DNA of 64,000 nt, taken from sequence record OP310984.1. The stretch is one strand, 5' to 3'. The translations under genes and the position numbers were made by a program. Below the pieces are notes generated by a model. It made no database searches, was not told the origin of the DNA, and was given only the letters and a program-made list of their open reading frames with translations. Below, one piece after another: positions 48,007 through 57,144 of the stretch; the stretch's first letter is position 1; every line of letters begins with the position of its first letter.

Positions 48007-48528
48007 TTATGTTTTAATCCAATGGGTATATGTACATAGGTCAGTTTCTTTAATAATGGTTGATTTCCATTTATCCCATTTAATGATTTCTTTAGGGAAA
48101 TAAACACAACTACTATTATCGATTTCCATCTTGACAGTAGTAATGTACATTTCGTCTAAAATATCCTTTTCAATGACTTCTTTATAAAGTTGAGAACCGC
48201 CAATGATCCATACATCCTTTCCAGTTTCTTTATTGAAATGAGTGGCATAAACAATAGCTGCACTTAGATTAGGGAGTACACCTAATTTATTATCATAGGC
48301 TACTGGATAATTACCGTTACGATATAAACTTGATGATACAACAATGTTATTACGATTAGGTAACGGTTTACTACCTAAGGATAAGAAAGTATTTTTACCC
48401 ATGATAACACAGCAACCAGTTGTCATTTCTTTAAAGAAAGCTAAATCCTCAGGTATATGCCAAGGTAATAGATTATTATATCCAATGACACCATTTAGGT
48501 CATGGGCAACGATTAATTTAATAGCCAT
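48007..48528 (-). CDS. dihydrofolate reductase
   Basis: LIVAHDLNGVIG..N.LPWHIPEDLAFFKEMTTG..VIMGKNTF.SL...PLPNR.NIVVS; WIIGGSQLY. Confidence 0.95.
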   Translation of the reverse strand: MAIKLIVAHDLNGVIGYNNLLPWHIPEDLAFFKEMTTGCCVIMGKNTFLSLGSKPLPNRNNIVVSSSLYRNGNYPVAYDNKLGVLPNLSAAIVYATHFNKETGKDVWIIGGSQLYKEVIEKDILDEMYITTVKMEIDNSSCVYFPKEIIKWDKWKSTIIKETDLCTYTHWIKT

Positions 48529-49034
48529 TAATTTTCCTTAGGCCAGAATTTACAAGATACTTCATTATCTTTAAATTCAATAGCCCAACTACAGCAAGTG
48601 AAATTAGTTTTAAACTTAAATGTAGACGCTAATAGGTAATTAATTTGAGCCATTTGTAATAGCGTTAATTCACCATATACTTTCTCATCAATCAATACAC
48701 CAGGTCTTTTATGTTTAATAACTAATTCATTCAACTTAATATCTTGTTCAATATAGAGGTATTCCACTTCGCCTTTTTCTAGTATAGGCATGTCCCAAAG
48801 AATCAGACTAATCTGTTGTGTGAATTCCTCAATACTAGTTGTAATATCTAGTCCTTCATAACCTATCAATAGATTTATAAGTACTTGTAGACTAATCAGA
48901 TTAACAGGTAAGTCTTTTAAATCGTCTTCTTTAATAGTTGTTCTAAAATAAACAGTGCCATCTAAGTTTTTAACTAATAATCTATTTAATAGATGATTGA
49001 CTTCTGATTTAATCTGATAATCCAGTTTGATCAT
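48528..49034 (-). CDS. hypothetical protein
   Basis: 168 aa, TAATG coupling to DHFR. Confidence 0.7.
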   Translation of the reverse strand: MIKLDYQIKSEVNHLLNRLLVKNLDGTVYFRTTIKEDDLKDLPVNLISLQVLINLLIGYEGLDITTSIEEFTQQISLILWDMPILEKGEVEYLYIEQDIKLNELVIKHKRPGVLIDEKVYGELTLLQMAQINYLLASTFKFKTNFTCCSWAIEFKDNEVSCKFWPKEN

Positions 49035-49593
49035 TAGCTAACTCCTTGAGTCTAGTCATGCCATTACTAACTTCAATAATGTAACTAAAGTCAAAACTAT
49101 ATTTCATCATTTTGAATTCTTCTTTAAAGTTAGCGATATTTCCAGACAGAGCAATTTGTTCAAATCGACTAAAATCAGTAATAGTTTCATCGAACATTAG
49201 TTCTCTTGCGGTAATATCTGGATCATAGTTAGGATGATCAACTACAGTACCTTCGTGGTTTAAAGTACCTTGAAAATTCAAAGTCTTTTTAACATGGTCT
49301 ACAGTTATTTTCCAACTAGTTGCAATATACCGAGCTTTAACTAAATTAGGAGCATACCTGTAAATACACCATTGTAATGGAGTGCCAACAGTTTGCGTAT
49401 CATGCGTGGCTTTTATAACTTTAATAAAATTCTCAAGTTGATCAAATGTAACATTCCTAGTTACACCATCATTAGTGGTTATATTAAGAGATGGTCGAAG
49501 ACCAGTACCAAGATCATTGGTGATGATTATATCCTCAACTAAAGCTTCATATAACTTTAGTCCTTCTTTTCTGGATCCAACATCATTACCCAT
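49009..49593 (-). CDS. hypothetical protein; positional candidate for nucleus-associated ChmB (gp2-like)
   Basis: 194 aa, second gene of this operon. The ChmB link is from recollection of gp2 numbering only. Confidence 0.45.
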   Translation of the reverse strand: MGNDVGSRKEGLKLYEALVEDIIITNDLGTGLRPSLNITTNDGVTRNVTFDQLENFIKVIKATHDTQTVGTPLQWCIYRYAPNLVKARYIATSWKITVDHVKKTLNFQGTLNHEGTVVDHPNYDPDITARELMFDETITDFSRFEQIALSGNIANFKEEFKMMKYSFDFSYIIEVSNGMTRLKELANDQTGLSD

Positions 49594-49946
49594 TGTTTAG
49601 CTTCCTCTTTTGTTACCAGTTGATAAAGTTTATTAAATTCACGTTGACGCATTAATTTGTAATCTAGTATACGCCCATTATTTTTACGAATTAAAATAAT
49701 AAAATCACCCGGACAGACAATTTTATCTTTATCTGGGCCTACACGTAAAATACCATGACTAGATTCAGTTAGATTACATAATGGGCAAATCGCATTACTA
49801 AGAGTAGACTCTTTAGTAGGTATAGCATAACCAACAATAGCACCTTGGTTGATATTATTGATAACGCCATCACCAGGTATATCACCGTTCTTTTTCCATT
49901 CGATTGCTTCAATTGGATCGGTGTATTTCGGTAGATAAAAAGACAT
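49557..49946 (-). CDS. widespread small phage protein (IEAIEW...CPGDFII type) with a CxxC insert
   Basis: 129 aa; PIEAIEW, ICPLC...SHG, IVCPGDFIIL...EFNKLYQ. Confidence 0.6.
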   Translation of the reverse strand: MSFYLPKYTDPIEAIEWKKNGDIPGDGVINNINQGAIVGYAIPTKESTLSNAICPLCNLTESSHGILRVGPDKDKIVCPGDFIILIRKNNGRILDYKLMRQREFNKLYQLVTKEEAKQWVMMLDPEKKD

Positions 49947-50290
49947 TCTTAATTAACTCCGATAAATAATAGTAGTATAGTAAAAAGCACTTAGGTATAT
50001 TTCTATTTTAAGCTATATTGTTGATAAAATAAAACCTAAGGGTACATAGTGGGTTATTATTTAAAGCTCTTAAATAGCATGGTAGAACGATATTGGACTA
50101 TATAGCTGTAACCCTTAAGGCACTAAGGCTACAGAGGTTTTTAAGATAAAGATATCCAATGTACCATAATATGCTTTTACAATAGATCAACTAAATTCAT
50201 TTAAAATGGGTCGTAAAAATACTTAGTTGATCTAAAGATATGTTGAATACTTTTTCACATGAACTTACGACTCACAATTGGAAATTAACA

Positions 50291-52579
50291 ATGTTAAAAA
50301 CTATCATTAAACTAGACGGTACTGAAGAAGCATACTCACCTGCTAAGATTAATGGTTGGGGTGAATGGGCAGCCCAACATCTTGGCGATAAGGTGGATTG
50401 GAGTAGTGTTGTGATGGATGCTGTTCAAGCTCTTGGTGATAAAACTTCATCACAAGAACTACAATTACAACTTATTGAAGAATGTTTAAATCGTAAGACA
50501 TGGTCTTATTATCTAATGGCTGGTAGACTATATGCGATTTATCTTCGTAAGAAGTTCTATGGTCTAAATGGCATCCCAACTGTTAAAGCGCTTCAAACCA
50601 GGATGCGTAAAGATGGTATCATTGTTAAATTAGATTATAGTAGTAAAGAATACGCTCAGATTGAAAAGATCATTGATCACGATCTTGACCTACTTTGTCC
50701 GCATTTTTCACTTCATCACATTCGTGGAAAGTATGCTCTACGTAATCGTAAAACTGGTCAAGAATATGAGACTGCCCAGTTTGTATATATGCGAATGGCA
50801 ATGGCTCTAGCTGAAAAAGAGCCAGCTGAAACTCGCATGACTCATGTGGAGAATTACTATAAACTACTTTCTAATAAAATTCTTAGTGCGCCAACACCTA
50901 ACTACGTTAACCTAGGTACTAAGCTTCGTGGTTTTGCATCATGTTGCCTGTTTGCTTCTGGTGATAATGGTGTATCACTTGCAATGGGTGATTATATTGC
51001 CAACATCATGACGCAGTCATCGGCAGGTATTGGTGTTAACCTAATGACTCGGTCTATTGGTGATCCTATTCGTAATGGTCTAATCATCCACCAAGGTAAG
51101 AAACCATACATCGATGTAATGGGTAAAGCAGTACGGGCTAACCTACAGAATGGTCGAGGCGGTGCCGTTACATGTTACTATAGTGCTTTCGACCCTGAAG
51201 CAGATATGATTACTCAGTTACGTAATCCACGTTCTACTGAGGATAGGAAGAACCGCAATCTTCACTATGCATTCCTAAGTAATAAGTTCTTTGCTAAGAA
51301 AGCGGCTCAGAAAGATGGCATGATCTTTGTATTCAATCCATTTACTGCTCCAGATCTACATGATGCTTTCTATAGTGGTGATATTGATAAGTTTATTAAG
51401 CTTTATGAAAAATATGAAGCAGATCCTAAATTTGAGAAAACTTATGTAAATGCTCGGGATCTTCTCAAATCAATGCTAGTTGAAGCATATGAGACTGGAA
51501 CCATCTATTCAGCTCAAATTGATGAACTCAATCATCATACACCATTTAAAGAACCTATTTACAGTTCTAACCTATGCCTTGAAATCGCAGAACCCACTAA
51601 GCCTTACTATCGAATGGAAGATCTTTATTCTAGTGAGGATCACGGGCGCGGTGAGATTGCTACTTGTTCACTGGCTGCTATTGCAGTGGATAACGTTCCT
51701 GATAAGCAAACTTATGAAATGGCGGCTTACTACGCACTTAAGATGATTGACTATTGTATCCTTAATGCAGAGTATGCTTTCCCACACCTTGCACTAACCG
51801 CTAAGAATCGAATGAGTGCTGGTGTTGGTATCATGGGTCTAGCCACACATATGGCACGTGCTGGCCTTAAATATAGCAGCGATGCTGGTAAAGCTGAAAT
51901 CCACTTCATTGCTGAACGGCATATGTACTTCCTTATCAAGGCGTCACTTAAGATTTCTAAAGAACGCGGGAATGCGCCTTGGATTCATAAGACTAAATGG
52001 CCAGAGGGATGGACTCCACGTAAGACTTATAATAAGTCAGTGGATACTATCATTGAAGGTGGCTTTGAAGAACTTTATCCATGGGATGAGCTAGAGAAAG
52101 AAATTAAGGAGAATGGTGGTATTGCACACTCCGTACTAGCTGCATACATGCCTGGTGAAGCATCATCTAAGGCACTAGGGTCAACTAATGGTCCATACCC
52201 GGTACGTCGCCTAATTCTTAATAAGACTGATAATGGTGCACGTGTGCTATGGGCTGCTCCATATGGAGATGATGACTCCTATGTGTATGAATCAGCTTAT
52301 GATATCCCCACTAAAGATCTTATTGATTGCTATGCCATTATTCAAAAGTGGACTGATCAAACAATCAGTGCGGACCTCTACCGACGCATTGTAGGTTCTG
52401 AAAAGATCTCTTCTAATGAAATGCTAGGTAATCACTTCTACATGGTGAAACGTGGAATGAAAACCCGGTATTATGTAAATCTAGAAACAGCAGCAGGACT
52501 TGATATTAAATCACTTGAACGTGCTGTTGAGGTAACTAATACTGAAGTTGGGTGTGCAGGCGGTTCGTGCACTCTTTAA
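50291..52579 (+). CDS. nrdA: ribonucleotide reductase class Ia alpha subunit
   Basis: Likely start 50291 (MLKTIIKLDG, ATP cone); SCCL, SNLCLEI, MPGEASS and C-terminal CAGGSCTL motifs. Confidence 0.95.
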   Translation: MLKTIIKLDGTEEAYSPAKINGWGEWAAQHLGDKVDWSSVVMDAVQALGDKTSSQELQLQLIEECLNRKTWSYYLMAGRLYAIYLRKKFYGLNGIPTVKALQTRMRKDGIIVKLDYSSKEYAQIEKIIDHDLDLLCPHFSLHHIRGKYALRNRKTGQEYETAQFVYMRMAMALAEKEPAETRMTHVENYYKLLSNKILSAPTPNYVNLGTKLRGFASCCLFASGDNGVSLAMGDYIANIMTQSSAGIGVNLMTRSIGDPIRNGLIIHQGKKPYIDVMGKAVRANLQNGRGGAVTCYYSAFDPEADMITQLRNPRSTEDRKNRNLHYAFLSNKFFAKKAAQKDGMIFVFNPFTAPDLHDAFYSGDIDKFIKLYEKYEADPKFEKTYVNARDLLKSMLVEAYETGTIYSAQIDELNHHTPFKEPIYSSNLCLEIAEPTKPYYRMEDLYSSEDHGRGEIATCSLAAIAVDNVPDKQTYEMAAYYALKMIDYCILNAEYAFPHLALTAKNRMSAGVGIMGLATHMARAGLKYSSDAGKAEIHFIAERHMYFLIKASLKISKERGNAPWIHKTKWPEGWTPRKTYNKSVDTIIEGGFEELYPWDELEKEIKENGGIAHSVLAAYMPGEASSKALGSTNGPYPVRRLILNKTDNGARVLWAAPYGDDDSYVYESAYDIPTKDLIDCYAIIQKWTDQTISADLYRRIVGSEKISSNEMLGNHFYMVKRGMKTRYYVNLETAAGLDIKSLERAVEVTNTEVGCAGGSCTL

Positions 52580-52582
52580 GTG

Positions 52583-52614
52583 TATACACCCTCCCTTAAT
52601 TGGGAGGGTGTTAT
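52583..52614. terminator. hairpin between nrdA and nrdB
   Basis: CACCCTCCC-TTAATT-GGGAGGGTG. Confidence 0.6.
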
Positions 52615-52679
52615 TCCCAATTTATACTAACCTCTATTATTTATTGTAAGAAATATTTTTAAATTGTAAAGGAACTGAT

Positions 52680-53843
52680 ATGTCTACTAAATCTCAACTA
52701 CCAAAGAAAATCTTCAATGTTGCTAAGAGTGATTATCATCTACCGGAAATTATTCTTGGAGATGATCCAGGTCTACTAGATTCAATCCACACTCATTATC
52801 CTAAAATGTGGGAGCTATATAAGCGTCTAAAGATGCTTGATTGGGATGAGCTAGAATTTGACTTTTCCACTTGTCTAGTAGAATTTGAAACGTGTGATAA
52901 ATCAACTTATGACATGATGATTAAGACACTGGCCTGGCAATGGGAAGCTGACTCTGTAGCCAGTCGTTCCATTGTTAATATTCTATCACCTGTCATGACA
53001 GATTCACGAGTATGGGCGGGATATGTACGTATTAATGATAATGAAGACGTACATGCTTTAACTTATTCTGAAATTGTACGTAATAGCTTTAAAGATCCTA
53101 AAGTTATTCTAGACGAAATTCTTAGGGTAGAAGAAGCACAAGAACGAATGGTTGCAGTAGCCCGCACTATGGGTGAAGCACATGACGCAGTTCATGCGTA
53201 TGCTCTTAATCAGGTACCCAATGATCAAGAACTTTACAATAAAGTATTCATGTTCTTCATCGCTCTATATTTCCTAGAACGTATCCAGTTCATGGCATCC
53301 TTTGCAGTAACCTTTGCTATTGGTCGTACTGGTGCATTCCAGCAAATTGCAGCCGCTGTTAAGAAAATTGCCCAAGACGAATTCGAAATCCATGCACAAT
53401 ATGGACAAGAAGTTATTCGTGCACTACTGGCAACTGAACGCGGTAAACTCGCTTACAGTCAATGTAAAGATAAAATCATTGAACTACTATGGGAAATTGT
53501 AAAGACTGAAGTTACCTGGATTAATTATCTATTCTCTGAAGGTCGTGAACTAACTGGTGTTAATGCGACTAAACTTATTAACTGGGTACTTTTCAATGCT
53601 AATGCCGCAGCAACATTCCTAAGTATTGAAAATGATGTTGTAGAACAGTATCAAGTGGAGTTTAAAGAATCAGCTGGATTTGATTTTGTTTGGCCAGAGA
53701 AGAACCCACTTCTTTATATGGAAGACTACCTAGATATTTCATCAACCCAAGCATCTCCTCAGGAAGAAGAGAAGCCTGATTACATGGTCAACGTTGTAAA
53801 TGATGTTGGTGAAGAAGAAGAATTTGAGGTTGACTTCTTATGA
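52680..53843 (+). CDS. nrdB: ribonucleotide reductase class Ia beta subunit
   Basis: Diiron ligands EADSV, EDVHALTY, LERIQFMASF, DEFEIH. Confidence 0.95.
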   Translation: MSTKSQLPKKIFNVAKSDYHLPEIILGDDPGLLDSIHTHYPKMWELYKRLKMLDWDELEFDFSTCLVEFETCDKSTYDMMIKTLAWQWEADSVASRSIVNILSPVMTDSRVWAGYVRINDNEDVHALTYSEIVRNSFKDPKVILDEILRVEEAQERMVAVARTMGEAHDAVHAYALNQVPNDQELYNKVFMFFIALYFLERIQFMASFAVTFAIGRTGAFQQIAAAVKKIAQDEFEIHAQYGQEVIRALLATERGKLAYSQCKDKIIELLWEIVKTEVTWINYLFSEGRELTGVNATKLINWVLFNANAAATFLSIENDVVEQYQVEFKESAGFDFVWPEKNPLLYMEDYLDISSTQASPQEEEKPDYMVNVVNDVGEEEEFEVDFL

Positions 53844-54253
53844 TTAAGATTATCGCATTCGTAGTTTTAATGTGGTCCACTGTCCTATTTGCAGCAACTG
53901 AAGTAAAATCAACTACAGATGGTATTATTGCACATTCAGAATGTCAGCTAGTTGCTAAAGATAGTAGTGTTGTCGGCACTACTGTTGGAGGTGCGGTTGG
54001 AGCCACCGCAGGCGCTGTATTAGGTCGAGCAATCTTTGGTAAATCTGGAGGTTGGGTAGGTGGTTTAATCGGTGGTGCCGCAGGCGGCGCAGTCGGTAAT
54101 AATGTTAGTGCTACTGAAACATTTCAATGTAAACTGATTGTTAATACAGATGGCAAGCAGTACATGGTTCAAACAGTTACCAATGAAAAACCAAAGGTTG
54201 GTGATAAAGTCACTGTTGTTGAAATGAATGATGGTACACGAGATATAATGTAG
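53840..54253 (+). CDS. secreted glycine-zipper 2TM protein (YcfJ/SlyB-like)
   Basis: Signal peptide, GxxxG zipper GTTVGGAVGATAGAVLG...GGLIGGAAGGAVG, Cys pair, C-terminal beta-barrel ending PKVGDKVTV. Confidence 0.75.
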   Translation: MIKIIAFVVLMWSTVLFAATEVKSTTDGIIAHSECQLVAKDSSVVGTTVGGAVGATAGAVLGRAIFGKSGGWVGGLIGGAAGGAVGNNVSATETFQCKLIVNTDGKQYMVQTVTNEKPKVGDKVTVVEMNDGTRDIM

Positions 54254-54338
54254 ACATAATGACCCTCCCTTAATTGGGAGGGTTTATGCTAACAATTCTA
54301 TAGCACTCTTATTAACAGTCATCAACGAGAGAGTAGAC

Positions 54339-56222
54339 ATGAATAAAATGCTAAACTTCCTAAACCGTACGCTATATAGCGGTACTGAAAAAGTATCTTC
54401 AAAAGCTACACCAAGTCTAGAACACTTTAAAACAAATGTTGAACAAGTAGATAAAAAGATTCTACAACCCTTTAGTACTAAATTTAAAACCATTCTAAAA
54501 GAATGTTACAGTAATGAAGAGTGGGTTGAAGAACAATCATTTATTGAAGAACCTATTGATCTTGGTTCAGCTGCACGCGGTCTTACCGAGCGCGGTATTA
54601 TGCGTGGTGATTGGGGACGCTTAGCGCATTCCACTATTAAAGAAGCAGAAGGTATGATGCGTACTTATAGTGGTCGTCTAAATGAAGATATGGAGGCATC
54701 TGAAATTAATGAAGTAATTCAAGATATGCCTTATAACTTCACAGCTGGCTCAGCTAATACTAGCCGTTTAGAAGAAGATGATTCTATTTTTGTTGAAGCA
54801 GATACAACTGTAGTTGAACCTCTGTCTAAGCAGACTCTGCCAAAAGTAGCAGAACTTACTAACCAACTAGTAGAAGTTTATAACCGAATCACTGAAGAAT
54901 TTACAGAAACTGGTATTGCTAAAGTTGAACAAGTTGAACAGCCAGCAGTTCTTGTAGCACTTGGTGAGATCATTAGTAGTTTTAATAAACTAATTGATGC
55001 TTCATGTGGTGCTCTACCAGTGGAAGAAACTGTTATTGTAGAGGAGGATCCGTTACCTGCCATTGTTACTGGTCCAACTACTGAACCCATTGATGGTGAA
55101 ATTCCACCTGTTGATGCTATTAATAATTCTGCGGCATTAGAAGAGTTTATTGAAGAAGTACTAAGTACTAATCCAGAATTCATTAAATACCAAAGTATGA
55201 ATGATAGTAATATTGATTCATATCTAACTGGAGATGACTGGATTATACTAAAATTTAAAGATGGTTCTTATTATTTATACAATGCCCAGAGTGCTGGTGA
55301 AACAAATATAGAAATCATGAAAGATATGGCCGAAACTGGTAGTGGTCTTAATGGTTTTATAAATCGAGTTATTCGTGGCGGGTATGTAGAGAAGTCCATC
55401 ATTAATACTCCCGGTTTTATACAAGTCTCAAATGAAGGTCTTATCGACACCATTAAGAGTATCTTCGACTCTGGCCCTGAGATCAATCTTGATAAAAAGA
55501 AGAAAGCTATTGCTACACTGAAAAGTACCTATGGTGATGCCAAATGGGTGGCAGAAGCAAAGCTTAAAACCGGCGAAGTAAAAGTATCGAGTTACGAGAC
55601 GTTCGCGTCTAATGATCCTAAGACCGCAAAAGCCAATATCACTAATGCTGTAGCTAAAGCTGATCGTCACAACCAGAAAGTTCTGGATGAGAACAGTAAG
55701 ATACTGGCCCCCGTGGTTAATCTGTTCAAAGGGAATGATTGGCAAGACCCTAAGAAAGTCGCTACTCTTCTGGCTGAATGGAAACCCAATGTAAAGACAA
55801 ACTTCCAAGAACCCAAATGGCCAGATAATGCTGGTGCTAAGATTAAGTTGCTTGATGCTACCGGTATTGTGGAAGCAGCTAACGTTATCATTGACGTTCT
55901 GTCTAACAACACTAAGACTATTGCGGACACTTGGGTAGCCCAGTATCCTGACCTATCTGTCAATGGGGATATCTACAAACATAAGCTATCCACTATTAAA
56001 GATAAAGATGCTCTTGAGGATGTATATCTGCTGGCTAAAAGGGCCGATAATGCCATTCTTAACATTCATGCATCGTACGACGACGCTAAGGTTGAATCTA
56101 CATATCGAGTATTTGCTATCGACATGTTGAAACTAATGCAAGCATCTGTCAGTAGCTTCCCAAGTGGTTCAACCGTAGAGAACACCAATGAACGCAATAC
56201 GGTCATTGGTATTGAAGAATAA
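54339..56222 (+). CDS. internal head (ejection) protein, gp303-like, with an embedded KTSC-like module
   Basis: 627 aa, acidic propeptide, prohead-protease-type ALE and SNE sites; SNE is followed by GLIDTIKSIF, typical of phiKZ inner-head paralogues. Confidence 0.65.
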   Translation: MNKMLNFLNRTLYSGTEKVSSKATPSLEHFKTNVEQVDKKILQPFSTKFKTILKECYSNEEWVEEQSFIEEPIDLGSAARGLTERGIMRGDWGRLAHSTIKEAEGMMRTYSGRLNEDMEASEINEVIQDMPYNFTAGSANTSRLEEDDSIFVEADTTVVEPLSKQTLPKVAELTNQLVEVYNRITEEFTETGIAKVEQVEQPAVLVALGEIISSFNKLIDASCGALPVEETVIVEEDPLPAIVTGPTTEPIDGEIPPVDAINNSAALEEFIEEVLSTNPEFIKYQSMNDSNIDSYLTGDDWIILKFKDGSYYLYNAQSAGETNIEIMKDMAETGSGLNGFINRVIRGGYVEKSIINTPGFIQVSNEGLIDTIKSIFDSGPEINLDKKKKAIATLKSTYGDAKWVAEAKLKTGEVKVSSYETFASNDPKTAKANITNAVAKADRHNQKVLDENSKILAPVVNLFKGNDWQDPKKVATLLAEWKPNVKTNFQEPKWPDNAGAKIKLLDATGIVEAANVIIDVLSNNTKTIADTWVAQYPDLSVNGDIYKHKLSTIKDKDALEDVYLLAKRADNAILNIHASYDDAKVESTYRVFAIDMLKLMQASVSSFPSGSTVENTNERNTVIGIEE

Positions 56223-56244
56223 CTTACTGAGTATGTAATGATAT

Positions 56245-56390
56245 GTAGAAATGATCCCTCCCCCTCGTTTCTACATTAGTCATAATAAATCGGAGCCAGT
56301 CCCCCTTCCAACTGGCTCCCAGAGAGTAAAACTCTTTGCTGGGCATTAATGACGATATATCGCCTCCCTTCGGGGAGGCTTTATATTTTG
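56245..56390 (+). ncRNA. candidate small RNA with two C-rich loops
   Basis: TAC-N15-ATG promoter (56225-56245); 10-bp stem with loop TCCCTCCCCC; 9-bp stem with loop CCCCCTTCCA; a third stem; UUCG terminator at 56356-56388; no ORF. Confidence 0.65.
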
Positions 56391-56442
56391 TTTTTACGTA
56401 TGTATATTAAAATATGTATAAACAACATAGAGTAATTATAAA

Positions 56443-56895
56443 ATGATCAAAAATGAACTTTTACCAGGGCTAATCTATGCCCAAAAAGAATTTGATAAAA
56501 TTGCAGCTAATGTAAAAGACTATGATAAGTATAAAAGACGCGAAGCTGGTAGGGCAAGTGCCGTTTTAAGAAGTCTAGTGAGCAATATTGTAAATCAGAA
56601 TAAACCATCCTCACTTGAACATGAAGGCAAAGTTAGTACTACTAATACTAATGAATATTTAGAAGAAGTTAATAATTACTTCTTTAACATTAATAATATT
56701 AAATTAATTTCTCCTAAACTCATAAAAGAGAAATTAACAATTGATCTAATGAATATTTATGTTAAATGGAATATGATTGGAGTGGCTGGCCGAAATGATG
56801 TTCCAATTATTGAACACAGAATTAATGATTGGTGCGAAGTGACCGATGTCTACATTAATGGTAATAAGATAACTTCTTTACAATGGCCACGTTGA
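56443..56895 (+). CDS. hypothetical protein
   Basis: 150 aa. Confidence 0.7.
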   Translation: MIKNELLPGLIYAQKEFDKIAANVKDYDKYKRREAGRASAVLRSLVSNIVNQNKPSSLEHEGKVSTTNTNEYLEEVNNYFFNINNIKLISPKLIKEKLTIDLMNIYVKWNMIGVAGRNDVPIIEHRINDWCEVTDVYINGNKITSLQWPR

Positions 56896-56953
56896 ATTTA
56901 AAATAAGTTGTAATAAAATACCTAGCATTACATGTTATGTATTGAAGCACAAT

Positions 56954-57038
56954 GCCCGAATGGTGAAATTGGTAAACACAGAAGACTTAAAATCTTCCGG
57001 CTACGGTCTTGTCGGTTCGAATCCGACTTCGGGCACCA
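56954..57038 (+). tRNA. tRNA-Leu (anticodon TAA)
   Basis: Cloverleaf with long variable arm, loop CTTAAAA, TTCGAAT T-loop, encoded CCA. Confidence 0.95.
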
Positions 57039-57047
57039 ATTTAAATA

Positions 57048-57123
57048 CGGAGTGTAGCGCAGTTGGTAGCGCGCCTGCTTTGGGAGCAGGATGTCGGGAG
57101 TTCGAGTCTCCCCACTCCGACCA
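57048..57123 (+). tRNA. tRNA-Pro (anticodon TGG)
   Basis: CCTGC-TTTGGGA-GCAGG anticodon arm, encoded CCA. Confidence 0.95.
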
Positions 57124-57144
57124 TTTTAATAATAGGTAAATAGG

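Noticed and set aside
50095-50110. NrdR box upstream of nrdA
   Set aside because: The palindromic core CTATATAG is 8 bp, not the 10-bp CWATATATWG core, and its flanks do not fit.
50240-50290. 17-aa N-terminal extension of NrdA
   Set aside because: The ATP-cone homology and SD fit the ATG at 50291; the extension lies in the structured leader region.
56942-57139. 65-aa ORF in the track
   Set aside because: It overlies tRNA-Leu and tRNA-Pro; spurious.
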